Shown here piece by piece: positions 23,051 to 37,400 of a DNA stretch of 50,969 nt (its first letter is position 1; every line of letters starts with the position of its first letter). A program made the position numbers and the translations under genes. The notes below the pieces were generated by a model, which saw nothing but the letters and a program-made list of their open reading frames with translations, was not told the origin of the DNA and made no database searches. Source of the DNA: Girardia tigrina (lineage: Eukaryota); the NCBI GenBank assembly GCA_001938485.1, contig MQRK01220052.1, forward strand, positions 1 to 50,969, given 5' to 3'.

Positions 23051-25445
23051 TTTCGAATACCTTTTTCAGTTTTAGACAGGTTGTGAGTTCTCTTAGCGTT
23101 ATTTTACTATCGTTTTGCACGATTGTCTGCAGCTTTGGGATTATTGAAACAAAATACATTTCCTTAACTTATATATGTTGAAGTTTAAATGTCTGTATCA
23201 ATTTTTTTACTATTATTATTTCAATATTAGTCTCATGATGTATTGTTCTCACCCCGTACAAACATTTCTCGCTCACCTCATTATTTTAAAATTTCGAGTT
23301 TATAAACATATTATTATCCACTATTGAAAAAAACTTTGAAAATGTGAATAAACATTTATTAAGGATTTGATTATAAAAAGATAAAAAAATAGATTTAAGC
23401 TTTTAAGAAACAATTTTTGATGATTCAAGAATTAGAATGATAACTGCGTCACGATAATTGTAAATCTTTAAATATTTATCACTATTCGACAATTATAAGT
23501 GAATGACAACGATTCCCTGGGGCCTCAGCCATATAGAGTTACCCATCACTCCTGTACCCAATAAAAGGAACCAATTTAAATACCCATTAAAAGTATCCCA
23601 TTTATTAAACATACGAAAACGATAATCAAATTTAAAGGAAATATTTTGAAACTTTCTATTATTAAGAAAAATAAAATTTGTTATTTGCTTTATATTATTG
23701 ATTGAATTATTTTTTGCCTCTTTCATTCACTCAAGCCATCCGAACCCGTTATCGAACGATATCTGAATTGCTCAAATAATCGTTGCCCCAGCAAGTTTTT
23801 CAATTAAGAAATTGGGGATAATTGTTTGTTGTAAATCTGTACAAAATCGATGAAGACGAATATGATTGATAAGATGAGATTTCAGATGGGCAACATTTAG
23901 ATTGGGGGGTCATTTCATGACCCTGATGTTTGTCCAGGGAGGTGCAAAGGTAGAAGGTTCTGTATTGTTGGAATTTAGTTAATTAATGCACGTCTTGTAA
24001 ATCATTTTTCTATGTCAACAGAAACATTTATAATCATTTTAAAAATAATTAATACTTTCATTAAATTTGCTTTATCAATTTATATTAATAATAATAAATT
24101 CAAATACTTTTTTGTTAAATAAGAAACCTATTAAAATAATAGAGTAGTCAATTAATTAGAATACACATAATTTACTAAATACCGAATTAATTTTTATTAT
24201 ATTTTAAGAAATTTATATTTTTGTTTTTCTGAAACGCTTTTTTTACTGTCATTATTAAAACAAAACAATTTATAAAAAAGCATTTTCAACATTAATGGGT
24301 TTATTTGATCACAATCGGAAAATTTAGAATTAGTACACAATTTGGGATGGGCTTCTCTTTGATGCTCAAATATTTGAACATGGCCGATAAAATTAACGAT
24401 GATGCTAATAATATTTTTAATGCCTGACAACTGAAAATCACGGCTTCTTGTCTTCGGTTGGGAATGTGAGGCAGTAAAATATAAATAAAGACAGGTTTTA
24501 CGAGTGTTTGTGTATTTGTAGGAACAGGAGAATACATCTCCGAATATATTTCCACCGTCTTTCGTCTCCAAAATTTATTTAATTCAAATAATTAAGTTAT
24601 ATCAAAAAGTTAATGCCAAATTACTAAATAATGCATTGACATATTGATGGGCCGAACGCCGCACTGCGTCTTGTTCTTCGTTGTTAAAACGGAAAGAAGT
24701 TCTATCAGCGCTGGCTTTAATTTTCACAAAAATTTTTATTTGTCAGTTATTAACTCAAAAATATAACAAAATTTAAGTTTTAACAAGTTTAGTAAAAGAA
24801 AAGTTACTGGCCGAGTTTACCACTTTCGCATAAATTGTTGTGTTCATCAACGTTATTGGGTTCGAGATTAAAATCAAGATCCACTAATTCGCAAAACTTT
24901 ATTTCTAACAGATTACATTTTACAAACAAATTTATGTGGAACACTAATTTCAATTTGCCTAAACCAGATTTATTTTTTAAAATAGTAAATATAAATATCA
25001 ATATAATAATTAATGATTTAACATTGATTTTATTTTTAAATAAATTAAAAACTTATTTACAATTTTGTTAATCCGCAATTTGATTTTAGATGTTAAAAAT
25101 CATTTTCACTGTAAACTTTAATACTAAAATTAATTTCGTAAACGATTTATTTTTACTTTTGATATTAAACATCGTTATACAATTTATTCACAATTTAAAT
25201 TTCGATTTTAAAAATCTTTTTCTAAAAATATTTATTTTATTTTAATGCTAAAATTAATTTCGTAAACTATGTAGTTTTACTTTTGATTTTAAACAATAAC
25301 TGTAATACTTTTCACTTAAAATTTCCTTTTTTACATTACTCTTCTAAAACTTATGTAAATAAATTATTTGTATATGTACCATTTTTTTCAAATTGGACAA
25401 ATTTTTTTAATATTTTTTTAAAGAAAGAAATTTGCAATTAATAAT

Positions 25446-26520
25446 TTATTTATGAACGTAAGGTGTTCCAGCTGCCAAATTTGTAATATCTCTGGCCATA
25501 TATCTAAAATATCCCAAACAGTCATTTTCTGTTATTTGATTAACTTCATTCTTAATCATTTCAGACAAATTAATGTTAAAATTATTAGCCAATTTAGCTC
25601 GAATACCATATTTTATTTTTGAAAATGCATTTTCAATGCAATTCAATATATATAAATAAGGAGAAAGAAAATGGAATGAGAAATGATATTTTTCAGTTTT
25701 ACTTTGCAATTTTTGCTGAGAATGAATTCTTGCATTGTCCAATATAAAATGCATTATGAATTTTCTCAACATTTAAAACATGATTGCAGAGCTCTTCTAA
25801 ATACTCTTCAAAAATATTAGAATTTACTGTGGTATTGCTAATCACTTTACAATAACTCATTTTTTTATTGACATAGCAGCAATCAAAGACATTGCTCTAC
25901 CTCAAGTTGTAGGCACTAAGGATCTCCTATATGAAGATCTCCTATATAAGGATCTCCTTTTTTGGATCTCCTATATGAACGTTGTACATGAAGATTAAAA
26001 GAAGATTCGTCAATATAATAAATCTTTGAAAAGTCAGATTCAAAGTAGTTACTAAACCACAAAGCGTATTCTCTTCTAAGATCAATGCTTCTGGCAGCTT
26101 TGATACTATCAATTTCTTTGTGTCTAAACTTCCTTGTAATCCGAATATCACCAATTCCTTTGTTGATTGTAGATAAAGAAATTTTGTATTAAATGATTAA
26201 GTAATTTTTAATTGTAGCTCTTTTAAAGTCGTTAAATTATTTTGCGATAATAATTCTTCGATTTTCAATAAAATCTCAGGATTCACTATAACTCTACGTA
26301 GACCTCCAGCATTTTTCTTTAATACCCGATTTTTGGTATGTTTCCTCCTTACGATATTTCGAGCAGTGCTTGCATTTATCTCCAAAATTGATGACGCTTC
26401 TTTAATCGAATGCCCAAGATCTTCAACTAGCCTGATTAGACTAAGACTTTTCTCATTAGATACGCTGCTGATTATATTTTGCGGTTATTTTGAGTTTGTT
26501 CTGTTGGTTAATCTTCCATG
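25446..26520 (-). mobile_element. Tc1/IS630-like (DDE_3) transposase pseudogene
   Basis: HTH (SIKEASSILEINASTARNIV), IDESSFN, FILDNARIHS, FLSPY..LNCIENAFSKIK; several stops and frameshifts. Confidence 0.9.
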
Positions 26521-26629
26521 AATTTAAAATAATATAGATTTTTTTAATATTTAAACAAATTTATTAAATTAATAATTTATAGAAAAATTTGTTAACTTCT
26601 TTCGTTAATCTTTTCTATAATTTCATATG

Positions 26630-27350
26630 AGCCCTAGAATCTGTCTTCTCCTTTTGTTCTATTCTTATTTGTTTCCAGACCTTTTCGCCAACCTTATAAA
26701 TTCTTCGTATCCCATTTTCCTCTCGCTTGTTTTTTTCTTTTAATCTTATTCTGATATCCTTCCGGTTTATTTTGTTGTTATCATAACACTTTTATCTGTC
26801 TATTTTCTTCTCAAATACGACTTATGTTGGACTCTACCCTATCGTCTTTTGTTTTTTTGCATTTATAGCAAATTCCACTTCCGATAATATGACTGCCCAA
26901 CTTGCAGCATTTCTCTCTTTCAAACTTGCATGTATGAACTCTCTTATTGTCCGAAACTTCTTTTCAATTATCCCATTTGTGTTATAGTGACATGGGCTAG
27001 AGAAAATTAATTTGATACCTTTTGCTTCCAACATTTCTTTCACTTTTTTTGCTTCGAAACATTTCCTGCAGTCTACGTGGATCTCTATAGGTGCTCTAAA
27101 TTGTAGTATCCATTTCTGTAATATCATTTGTACTATTGCCTCTTCATCTTGTCTTTAAATTGATGTAGAGCTCACGTATTTACTGAAATGGTTAATTATT
27201 CCAAAGGTGTACCTTTCTTTCCTTACTGTCTCATTCCATGGTTAGCAGACGTCTATACAAACTTTCTCAAATATTTTGACGCTGTTATTTTTATATTTTC
27301 TTCCTTTGTTTTTGTGGTTATTGTCTTTGTCCGCTGACACTCCGTACAAG
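26630..27350 (-). mobile_element. Gypsy integrase relic (second copy)
   Basis: CTECQ zinc-finger end, KWILQF..P.EIHVD, SSPCHYNTNGIIEKKFRTI, LSEVEFAIN. Confidence 0.88.
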
Positions 27351-27368
27351 GTCTTCTAGCTGTAACTC

Positions 27369-28960
27369 TTAGCTTCTTTCAAGATTTCCTTTCACTACTG
27401 TTGTGGGACCCATGTAACGGTCATCTTCGTTAGAGTCATTTTCCTTCTTAATCAATACTCGGTCTTCTACTTCAAAAATTCTTCTTGTCTCTATTTCTTG
27501 TTCAATATCTTTCAATTTTTTGTTATCTTCATGATTGTTTTTCCACCAATGTTTCAATTTTCTTCCAAATACTATCTCGACTGGTGACACAACTATTGAA
27601 GCTTTTAGAGTATTATTTAATATAAACTCGATTTCTGATAAAGCTTCTGTCCAATCTTTATGATCTCCATCCTTCATTCTAATATTCAAAACATCTCTGA
27701 TTTTCTAATTTTCTAAATGTTTTTTTCATCTTGACTAGTCGCTGCATCCAGGCTAATATATCTACTGAACTGGTCAATTATTGTCATAATATATTTGCAT
27801 CCATTTATATTTCTTTTGAATGGTCCACAAAAGTCAATGTATATTTTCTGGAAAGGTTCATCCGCTGATTGCTTTATATGCCTTTCTTTCGTTTTATTTG
27901 TTATTGCCTTCCCTTTTGGACAATTTAAGCAACTTTGAACAATTTCTTGTATAAATTCTCTCACATTTCCATGTCAAAATCATCTCGTAGGTAGTTAAAA
28001 ACCTTTTTGCTACCTACATGACACAACTTTTTGTGAAATTTTTCAATAACATTTGCTCAATCTGTCTTTGGGATTCAGTATTTATTATCTTGAGTTATTA
28101 CGATATCATTTTTAGTGCCCATTTTCTTGTTCTGCCTTTACTAATATCCTCGATTATCTGTTTTATTTCCTTATTATTCTTCTGCCATTTAAAACCATCT
28201 GATTCTTCGTTTAGTGCCAGTATTCTTGTTTTAATCTTTCCTTAGCCTCTTCATGCATTGTCTGACACTGATTGCACGATTCGCACGAGTTTCTTTACAT
28301 TGCATCCTCATTTGAATGTTTTCACCTTTTCGATATTCCATTTTCATGTCAAGAATACTCAGAAAATTTATACATGTTTGGAACTGTGGTGTGATAGGGT
28401 TCTTTGTAGTCATCATAAACGTAATAACTTTATGATCTATTCGCAGCAAAAATCTTTTTCCATACAAGAAATGTTTAAAATGCTGTGTGAAATAATAAAT
28501 TGCGAGTAGTTCTTTCCTTGTAATTCAATAGCCTAGTTCATGTTTATTCATTTTATGTGATCCATACGCAATCAACCTTTCTCTTGTACACTCGCCTTTC
28601 TGTGATAACACCGCCCCTATCATATCAAAACTTCCATATGTATCAAGTATAAAGTCTTTGACAAAATCAAGATATGTTAAAATCGGAGCTTTAATCATTC
28701 TTTCCTTTAGTTTTTGAAAAGCTTCATCACATTCTTCAGTTCAAATCACTTTCTTATCTTTATTTTTACCACAAAAACCTTCCAACACTTTTGCATATTT
28801 TGCGTAATCCTTTATAGATTTTCTGTAGTAATTTGTCAAGCCCAAAAAGCTTCGTAAATGTTTAATGTATGATGGGCTTTGAAACTTGCTTATCGCATCA
28901 ATCTTTGATTTATCTGTTTCAATACCATCTTTACTTATGACATATCCTAAGAATTTAATC
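27369..28960 (-). mobile_element. Gypsy pol relic (RT end, RNase H, integrase)
   Basis: FLGYV..GIETD, LRSFLGLTNYYRK, FILDT..IGAVLSQ, YGKRFLLRIDHK, PFQKIYIDFCGPF, SPVEIVFGRK. Confidence 0.93.
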
Positions 28961-29680
28961 TTAGAATTTAAAGCACATTAGAACTGATGAAATTATTTCG
29001 ACACAAATTGAAAACAATCTTTTCTATTTCACAATTTTTATTTACTAAATTCAAATTCGACAACATTGATTTTTTATTTAATTCTGATGAACATTCATAT
29101 TTTTCAAATTTATTTTTAAATATTTTTTTTTGATTTTAAATTTGTGATTAAAATTCTTAATCAACAATAAACACGAAAATATACACACACACCCAAACAC
29201 AATTCTTATTTTCCTAAACATTACATACACACATATTCACAAACATATCACAATCAACAACAAACAAACAGATTTAAATTGGTCGATTCAGACACACACA
29301 TAAAATTGAATCGATTGTATTTCCAAAGAAAAAGATTTAGTAATTATTCGAAAACGATCTGATTAAACGCCGCAGTAATTTCGGAGCACTAAATGGAAAT
29401 TGTTAACAAAAGAACGACTCCTACAAATCATTAATTTAAATACTTATTTTAATTATATATATATTTTTAACTTAAATTTAATTTAATTACTTTTTAGTTT
29501 TTTCTAATTATTTAAGTTATTAATTTTATTTTACTTTTAATTATTTAATTTAGTTATTTTATTAATTATATATTTTATTTAATTTATGTATGTATTTTTT
29601 CCCAAACTGGCAAAATGTTCGATCAAACATTTCATTTTCTGCTCCAGCATTAAAATGTATTTAATTGTTTTATAAAAAAG

Positions 29681-30482
29681 ACTATGGTGAACCCGTTTCG
29701 CCAGGTCTGGCGAATTTTTTGTTAACTAAATGCATGTAAGGAAATTTAAAAAATCTGGTTAATACTATAATAGAATTATGATTTCTGTCTATGTGAAGTT
29801 CCCGATGATGAAAGTGATTCGTTTAAACAACGACGGGAAATTTCCCCGAATCTCTATCAAAATCAATGCATGTCGGGGCAGATCCGAAATGATGATATTT
29901 CTATGTCGGGGCATTATGGAAAGAATACCTCAAATCTGCCTCAGATTGTTCCTGTATCGGGGCAGTATGGAATCGCATCCGGGATTGTGACCGATTTTCC
30001 CCCGAATCCGTATCAAAATTCAGATCCGAAATAATGACTTAAATGTGTTGGGGCACTACGGAAATTCAGCAATTCAAAATTCAATTAACTCTGGTAACAA
30101 CGTGAGTAACTAGCAATTAGATCTCTTGGTAAAGAAAATAGTAAATATAGAAAACAAATTGAATTTAATAAATAAAAATAATCATGTAAATAATAATAAT
30201 ACTGGATTTAGTTAACAAAAAAATTCGCCGGACGTGGCGAAACGGGTTCACCATAGTTTCTAGATAATCGTAAAATGATTTTTGTCAAAAAAATTAATTA
30301 ATTTAATTATCTACTGATAAATTAATTTTCCAAAATAATATTTTATATTCTTTTTAAAAACATTTGTAATATTCAAAATTAACAAATTACAATTAAAAAA
30401 ATAATTAAATTTGTTTTACTGAACTCCGGGAACTTCACACAGACAGAATGACAGACAGAAATCATAATTCTATTATGGTATT
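29681..30482 (+). mobile_element. non-autonomous Helitron-like element (ACAG microsatellite near 3' end)
   Basis: 5' ACTATGGTGAACCCGTTTCGCC; 3' GAACTTCACACAGACAGAATGACAGACAGAAATCATAATTCTATTATGGTATT. Confidence 0.55.
29761..30257 (-). mobile_element. second copy of the same Helitron-like family, nested in opposite orientation
   Basis: both termini of the outer element recur as reverse complements at 30206-30257 and 29761-29805; internal tandem duplication. Confidence 0.6.
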
Positions 30483-30484
30483 AA

Positions 30485-30724
30485 CCCTACAATGCGCAAT
30501 TTTTTTAATTATCATAAAAAATATGTTTATGTGGCCAGTATTACAAACTGAACTGTCATTTTTGTTGACAAAATATATTGCATCTATGACTTTATGGGCA
30601 GTTATCATTCCATAGACAATGTTTTTGGTTCACAGTATGTAAACACTCAAACAATATCATGTGATTAAAAGATATTGAGGTAAAATATGGTTCATTCAAA
30701 TATGAATCACGGCGCATTGTAGGG
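30485..30724. mobile_element. piggyBac MITE
   Basis: TTAA-CCCTACAATGCGC...GCGCATTGTAGGG-TTAA. Confidence 0.92.
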
Positions 30725-30970
30725 TTAATAATTGTAGATTCAAGAGTTAGGCCGAGTCAGTGAACAATTTGTATTTCTTATTGATACTTTTTCCCTGATT
30801 AAATTAAATTTAAATTATCAAGTAATATTATTTTCTTATCTAATAAAAATCATCACGATGTTTAGTGAAATATGAGTAAAAATAAGAATAAAGCAGACTA
30901 AAGAAAAACAAAGTCGTTTAAAAACTCTGATCGGGTCTGTTCGGGATTCAATTATCTTTATTTATTGTTA

Positions 30971-30975
<5 letters not shown>

Positions 30976-31006
<31 letters not shown>

Positions 31007-31070
31007 NNNNNNNNNNNNNNNNNNNNNNNNNNNNNNNNNNNNNNNNNNNNNNNNNNTGTGTGTGTGTGTA
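30976..31070. repeat. (TA)n/(TG)n microsatellite around an N gap (31007-31056)
   Basis: direct reading. Confidence 0.9.
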
Positions 31071-31373
31071 TATGAATATTTAACGGATCCCGCCCTCTTT
31101 TTTTCCCCATTCGCCTTAAAGAAACTGGAAATAAAACTATTGTGATTATATTAATTGTTTCTTATGTTACTTTATTTACGATAAAAAAATTCTTGTAAAA
31201 ATTTTAGTTAAAAATTAATTTATGCGTTTATATGAAAAGATTTAAAAAAATGAATTTGTTTTATTAGATTAAATGTTATGAAATATGAAAATTTGAAATA
31301 AAATCGATTCATTGGCTTTATTTTTCTTTTGGAGATTTTGATTTCAACAAATTGATATTAACGAGAAATATTA

Positions 31374-31478
31374 ATGGAGGAAATCGAGTCGCCTTATTTT
31401 TTATTAAACTGGCTTCGAGGTGGTGCTGAAGAAATGCAATTGTCGGCCCTCGAACAACTGTATCTGGTACTCTTGCAA
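31374..31478 (+). pseudogene. HECTD1: HECTD1 E3 ligase extreme N-terminal fragment
   Basis: MEEIESPYFLLNWLRGGAEEMQLSALEQLYLVLL versus HECTD1 [36 protein letters not shown]; no continuation recognised. Confidence 0.72.
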
Positions 31479-34332
31479 TACGAGACATGTTTGTGTCAAG
31501 ATTTCGATATTTCATTTGTGCTTCCTCACGTAATGATCAATCGATTGGTCAATACCAAAGGATCATTAATTACCATTTGTATGAGATTGTAGAATCCCAA
31601 TATGAAAAATCCCATTAGTCGGATCAAATTAAAACGGGCCCAGCACATCGAGAAAGCTTCCCTGCGTAACCCTGTTACCTCGAGGCAACCTGAGTGTCGG
31701 GCGGAACAGGGTCTATTCTAGAAATCTAAAATCAAATAATATGAAAATTTATATTTACTATATTTTATGAAATAAAATTATCAAAAATGAAAAATTCCAA
31801 ATAATCAAGAGGATGAAGTAACGTGATAGATTATATCTCTGTTGTGAAAGATTCGCTTTTTAGGATCAAGATTATCATCATTCCACTTCATCTGGCTAAC
31901 ACCTCTGACATTCTACCTTGTCTGTGCCTACCCTACCAGTCATCCCTTTTATGGAAAATTCATGTTTTAAAGTGACATATACTACTTTTGATAACACCTT
32001 ATGATAACGTTAATTGTTAACCTAAAATAGCAAAAATTTATTGTTATATGTTTCTTAAACTTTTAAATTAATGGAAAATTTTTTAATGATAGAAAACTAG
32101 TTAATAATAATTATTATTATAATAGTAATAATTTTAAAAATAATAATAATAATAATCTCTTTTTAAAATCTTATAGGTGGAAGTCATTATTTATAACATA
32201 AATTAATTAATATAATATGATAATACTCCAATATTAAAACATATAACTTTAGATTATGAGTTTGATTAAATATATTATTTTAATTATATTTGAAATAGTT
32301 TACACCAAAATGTATTTATTTCTGCTGTTGATTATTTGTACATAATATTATTTTCATGTAATTTTGTATTCTTTGAAAATTAATTTTGTTTTAATTGAAG
32401 AATAATAAATAATCAACAGTTTATTTTATTAAAGTCAATTTGCTATTTAAAAAATGTTAAAATTTTATATTTATTTTCAAGTGGCATTTGGAAAATAAGA
32501 AATGATGGCTTATGGCACTCGAAGCGCTAATGGAAATGAGCAATGTACTGCATGAGAACGTATTGAAACACTCGAAGAGCTCTAACGGATACGAATGAAA
32601 TGCTCGTTTTATTTTTATAAAATAATTTTACATAAATTAAAAAATATATATTTTAATGTTTTTTATTTTATTTATATTAACTAAAAGTTATATTTAATGT
32701 CATTTAGTATTCTATGTTCATCTGAAAGTGAATTAAATGGAGAATTATTTAATTTGGAAGTAAAAAAAGATGGTAAAATTTACACTAATATTTATCATTG
32801 AAAGTTTAACAATCTTCTGCAATAGGAGAATTAGTGTACAGCTGCCATATCTGGGGTAACTGGTACATTGAGATAAAATCCTGTAAAATTACATTAAAAT
32901 TATAAAAATTATTTAGCACTGTGGTGCTCAAAAAATAATGAGCAAAAAGAAAAATTCCAAGAAAACGATAATTGTTTAAATAAATTAAATGGAATGCGAA
33001 CAATTTTTAAAAAAACAATTTAAATGAAAAATAAATGTTTTTGTTGATTTGATTGCATGTCAATTCATAAATTTCGTGGTAATCTCGACTGATTTCTTAT
33101 CAACAATCCGATGGGAATATGGATTGGTTGAAATTGATCGATTTCCTCGGGCCGAACCCCGTACCATCACTCCAGATCCGACGTGTTTAACAGATCGACA
33201 TGACCAATCGGATCGACAGAAACCGGACGGACGTGACGATCACGCTGTTTGTTACTCGGTGACATAACGAACCGGTCGAACCGAGTCTAGTGTTATTACG
33301 TGCAGCTCGGCGGCGAACAACCACGAGTTACCGCGGTTGAATCTGGTTGTGCCCATCGCTCTCGTAACAGCTTGCAGGAATTCCCGTTCCTCGCAGTTAT
33401 ATTAATGAAGTTTTATGAAAAAATATGGTTTTTTAATAATTTATTACTTATAGAAATAAATATGTGTAATAAGAAATGAATATCGTGGAAAAAAACTGAT
33501 ATTTCAGGTTCCTTTTAAAAAAGTTCGACAAAACTCTTACACAGACATATAATTGTTGATAAACGAATCGCTAAAACTATTACTGACTCTACTCATGAGT
33601 TTTGATCAACCCCATAAAGCCTTTGTTTTTTCTTTAATTTGGCTCAACACATATTTAAGATATTTCGTGCATGAAGAAAGTTTAATAGAATAAGTCATTA
33701 ATTTGAATGTTTTAAAAAAATTTACAGAATTAAATCATAAATTAATTGTAATTATATAAAATTTCTTTTATTCTAATTCCAAGAAAACGATAATTGTTTA
33801 AATAAACTAAAAATGGAATGCGAACAATTTTTAAATGTACACTATGTACACTATGTACTTCATTGACTTGCTGGGGTGGTGCATGTCAATCTCCAGAAGA
33901 ATTGATATTCGGTGCTTGATATCTTCTCGTAACCATTTAGAAAAATAAGAATTATCTGAAGAATAATTGATTAGCGTAGTAAAACAACATTAAAAAATTA
34001 GATATCTTATATTATATTTTATATTATATTGTGTTTGTTAGGGTTCCGAAATATACATGTGAACACTTTTGATAAAATTTTATAAAGTCTTTATAAAATC
34101 TTTTATTCTTCTATTATTTGGGAATTTTTAAAAGATAAACTATATAAATGTAACCTTTTATAATAGTGTGATCAATTTAGATTGGTAATGCAGGGTTTTT
34201 CATTTTTTATTATTGTTAAGAATTAAAAATGTTAGGAAAATTTTTGAAAGAAAGTTATATTAAATATGTACAAATTAAAATTTTTATATAATTAAATATG
34301 TAACATTCGAAAAAATAAAATTACTAAAATTA

Positions 34333-34450
34333 NNNNNNNNNNNNNNNNNNNNNNNNNNNNNNNNNNNNNNNNNNNNNNNNNNNNNNNNNNNNNNNNNNNN
34401 NNNNNNNNNNNNNNNNNNNNNNNNNNNNNNNNNNNNNNNNNNNNNNNNNN
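34333..34450. other. assembly gap
   Basis: run of N. Confidence 0.99.
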
Positions 34451-37400
34451 AATGAAACGATTAAATATTTTAAAGTGTTATCGTAATTATAGAAGTAATA
34501 AAAAAGCAAATATGAATATTTATATGTATTTTTATCTATATCGGTTTAAGATTTATGAAACAAATAGTTACTCAAAAAAAATAAATTTGTTTAAATATTA
34601 GATTTAAACATTTTTTTTGTGGTATAATAAAAGTTTTAATGTCTGATACTAATAATTCTGACGATTTTCCAAGAACCTCTAATAATTATGATTTTTACAA
34701 TTTTATTTTATTTAATTGTTATATTATATTAGAAAATTATTTACTATTTTGAAATATTTTAATTGATAAATAATGTACTATAATAATAGTTATTATGATG
34801 TGCGTAAATAAATAACCTATGTTGGAGGTACATAATAAAATTTATAAATCATTTGTGTTACTTCTCATAACCATTTATGTTTCGGATTTAAATAAAAAAA
34901 TTTTAAAAAGTAATAAAATTAATTTTAAAAAAAATTATAATTATTAATAAAATTTAGTTAAAATAATATTGGTAAAAAAATTTTCATCGACCTTGAATAA
35001 TGTTTTTGAAAAAAGAAAAAAACATTTATTATCAAATTTAAAGATTCGTCTGAGTTCTTCACGGTCCAAAAACTTTGACTAAACTTTTGTTTGGATGTGA
35101 AAAGGTAGACAATCCGAGTGATTAAAACACAGGACGAGTATTGCAGTAAAATTGAAACATCTAATTCCATCATCAACTTTTGTATTCATAAAAATCCATT
35201 ATCTGCTATGGTTCTGATTTCGAAAAGTCGGTTTCTTGGAAAAAATTCTACAAAAGATGATGTGAGTGTATACAGAGTTTCATTCGATTAAGACAACTCC
35301 AGGATATACATTTCAGGAGGTCGTGATGTGAACCATGCCTTTGACATTGGATCGAATATTGGTCATTTTAAGAGCTCATCTGTCAATAATACCAGGGACA
35401 GTTTAAGTGAACATAGTGGAGGTTCACTCCTATGGGCATGAGTGCTTTTGCTCCCTACCAAGCTGTCCGAAATATTTTATAAATGACAAATAAAAATATT
35501 TTTGTGATTAAATTTCAAAAATATATATTGATAGTAGTTATTATTAGCAAGTCACTTTGAAAATTCTGGTCGACATAGTAATAAACATAATAAATGTTTC
35601 TGATTTTTATTAGTTTTACATTTTGTTTAAATGGAAATCGCCCCCCAGAATTATTGTCTGGCTCCGGTAAATAAATGATTAAAAAAATTATAAACTTTAA
35701 CAATCAAAAAAAAATGAAATACAATCTGATCTGTTTTAATTTTTACTTAAAGATGTATTTTAAAATATTTCCTTTTATTAGTTTTTTAAAGTTTTTTTCT
35801 ACTGAAATCTGAAATTATTTTAGTTAGGAACACAGTGAAAACTTTTACCAGTTGGATTTATGTGAAACAGTAATTATAGTAAAGCAATGTTCTCCTTCAT
35901 AATTCCCTCGCAGAATCTTTGTCGCATTTGTCCACATCAAACAATGAATCTGTCACTTTCGATGATCGATTAATTTATGCCCATTTATTTAATCATTATT
36001 TATAAATGAATCAATTTTTACTTTTAAAAAGATTAATTTATTTCAAGAACTCGATTTCGAATTTCTCTAAACAATTCCATTTTTAAATAGGAACCCATAT
36101 TTACCTTTGGGAATATTACACATCAATCGTTTATTAAATATAAAATATATTTAGGGAGAACTAAAGAAATATTTTGAAATCTTTAACAATTATTTATTTA
36201 TTTAAAATCTATATAAGAATAACCGGAATTCTTCAGTCTCATTCAGGGGGACTGTTGGAAACGACACGGTCGCGTGGAGGAACATATTTCAACCAGGAAA
36301 GAAATAGAATAAATCGCAGGAATTAGAATAGGAGAAAATTATGAGATGTAGAAGTATCTCAGAAAAAAAGATATACAAAAAAGAAAGATATTTTAAAAAC
36401 AGTGATCCAAAAAAATAAAGATTTATCGTTATTTTTCCATTACTTTTGGCAGACTGGAAAACATCAAGCATCACAAAATTTTTAATGGCTTTCGAGTGTG
36501 AAGCTTCGATCAGAGATGGCATAAGTTGCTTCACAGCTTTAACTTTCTACGTCTTATTAAATATTTCCAAAAGAAAAATGTTTTTGAATGACTTAGAAAA
36601 TTGAATAAGGATGCATAAAGAACAAAGATGACTTTTTATGTGATCTCTTCTTAAATTATTCTCGATTTGTAAAATGGAAAATTATCCATAACAAAAATAA
36701 CATTTTTTAATTTTAGTTTACTCAAGATTGATCAACTTTTGCTAAATAAAAATGCAACTTTTCCTATTTCTAATGCAACAAAAAACTTGCCCTGATTATT
36801 ATTATTATTGATTACTGAAGCATGTTTGGATTATTTATCAAATGAATCGAATTGTGATTTTTCAAAAATAATAAATAAATAAAATAAAATAAAACTATAT
36901 GGATAAAAAACAATAAATAATCCATATAGTTAAAAATAAAGAAACGAAAAGAAAAAAATTGTAATAAGAATTATTTAAAACAATTTTTTTGAAAAAAAAA
37001 CTGTTGATTGATTTTTGTGTACGAATGATTTTGTTTTATCGAAATAATTTTGTAAATTGGCAGAAGATTTTTTTCTAAATAAAAAGAATTTTTTACGTGA
37101 TTCGAGTTTTTATTTGGAGAATTATTCTTTCGTTTGAAAATAAAGAATTTTCTAATGGAGTTGAGTGTCACAAAGATGTTTAGAGGCTCATGAAAAGATC
37201 AAAATGGACGGGAAGCATCGATATGTCCTATTTGGAACAATGTAGGACGATAAATTTGTCGATTTATCGAAAATAGCCTCATGAGACTCGATATATGAGA
37301 ATTTTGTGGTGGATTTAAACACCGCTTGCACTTATAAGAAAGATTTATACACTGCTTATGCGTATGAAATTATTGAAAAGAACTGCAATTGTTATTCGTT

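Noticed and set aside
24197-24571. 124-aa ORF as a host gene
   Set aside because: No recognisable domain beyond a GNIFG pentapeptide; starts and ends in low-complexity DNA
25921-25980. GGATCTCCTATAT short repeats
   Set aside because: Local slippage duplication inside a dead Tc1 ORF
35290-35345. Kelch-like RIYISGGRD
   Set aside because: Single short motif with no second repeat
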